From positions 416,001 to 480,000 of the forward strand of contig CAWDOD010000003.1 in assembly GCA_963803805.1 (NCBI GenBank): a stretch of 64,000 nucleotides of DNA. The letters run 5' to 3'. How positions within the stretch are numbered: position 1 is the stretch's first letter; each line of letters opens with the position of its first letter. The notes under the pieces were generated by a model. It saw only the letters and a program-made list of their open reading frames with translations. It was not told where the DNA came from and searched no databases. The stretch comes from an uncultured cyanobacterium. Its GTDB lineage: Bacteria > Cyanobacteriota > Cyanobacteriia > Cyanobacteriales > CAWCAG01. Shown one piece after another: positions 63,596 through 64,000 of the stretch. The position numbers and the translations under genes are program-made.

Positions 63596-64000
63596 TTAAT
63601 GTAATTCTCCTTCCACCATCACCTCACCAATTTTGGCATTATCCTTAAATTTATTAGTTTCGTAATATTCTCCCCCGGAAGATTGGGGATAAACTCCCAC
63701 AAAACCTTTGTCTCCGAGGTTACCATTGGTTCTAAAAGTTATTTTCTGGTCGGCAGTTTCGGCAAATTTAACAAATTCCCTCGCTTCGTAATCGGTATTG
63801 TAGCTTAGGGTTGCTTGGCCATAAACAGATTCAGCTTGTTCAATCGGAGTACCTGTCCCTACCCCCTCTGCTGTGCGAAACTGGGGGTTATCAGTGAGTA
63901 AAATTTGGATTGGGTCTGCATCTTCTAATTTATCGAAGTTAAAGTAGAGAATATAATAAAGAGTCTCACTACCTTTTTTTACAGCGATCGCATCTAAGTC
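63596..64000 (-). CDS. Hypothetical protein, 3' part only (runs off the window)
   Basis: 135-codon open frame DLDAIAVKKG...TDNPQFRTAEGVGTGT...EVMVEGELH*. Confidence 0.75.
   Translation of the reverse strand, partial: DLDAIAVKKGSETLYYILYFNFDKLEDADPIQILLTDNPQFRTAEGVGTGTPIEQAESVYGQATLSYNTDYEAREFVKFAETADQKITFRTNGNLGDKGFVGVYPQSSGGEYYETNKFKDNAKIGEVMVEGELH

Overview
Cyanobacterial chromosomal window: AT-rich, many HIP1 GCGATCGC sites, psbD, ndhN, petF, gap2, argZ. 0.2-8.6 kb is a three-gene signalling cassette (multi-PAS/GAF hybrid kinase, biliverdin-type phytochrome hybrid kinase, REC-GGDEF). 12.4-29.6 kb is the cyanobacterial ribosomal super-operon (rplC to prfA), preceded by a consensus promoter and a highly structured ~280-nt leader. 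29.6-39.1 kb holds core genes, tRNA-Glu and a stand-alone psbD. Two apparently identical 1014-bp IS982-family copies (39187-40200, 50008-51021) bracket ndk, glgA, hemC and an accessory patch (membrane TPR protein, XRE HTH with a 22-bp palindrome, RHH/MazF toxin-antitoxin pair, 5'-truncated TPR-CHAT protease). The remainder has a GT4, a patatin, a candidate sRNA, ptp, ybaB, murB, murC, gap2, argZ, an aldo/keto reductase and gene remnants. Single-base insertions in ndhN, rplO, an HTH gene and probably rplM each fall at a methylation-type motif and are probably sequencing errors. I found no CRISPR array, rRNA or complete defence system, and no clearly novel multi-gene system is established. The best leads are the rplC leader RNA, the sRNA candidate, the phytochrome/c-di-GMP cassette and the HTH/TA/TPR-CHAT patch. 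All assignments come from reading motifs by eye; no searches were run.
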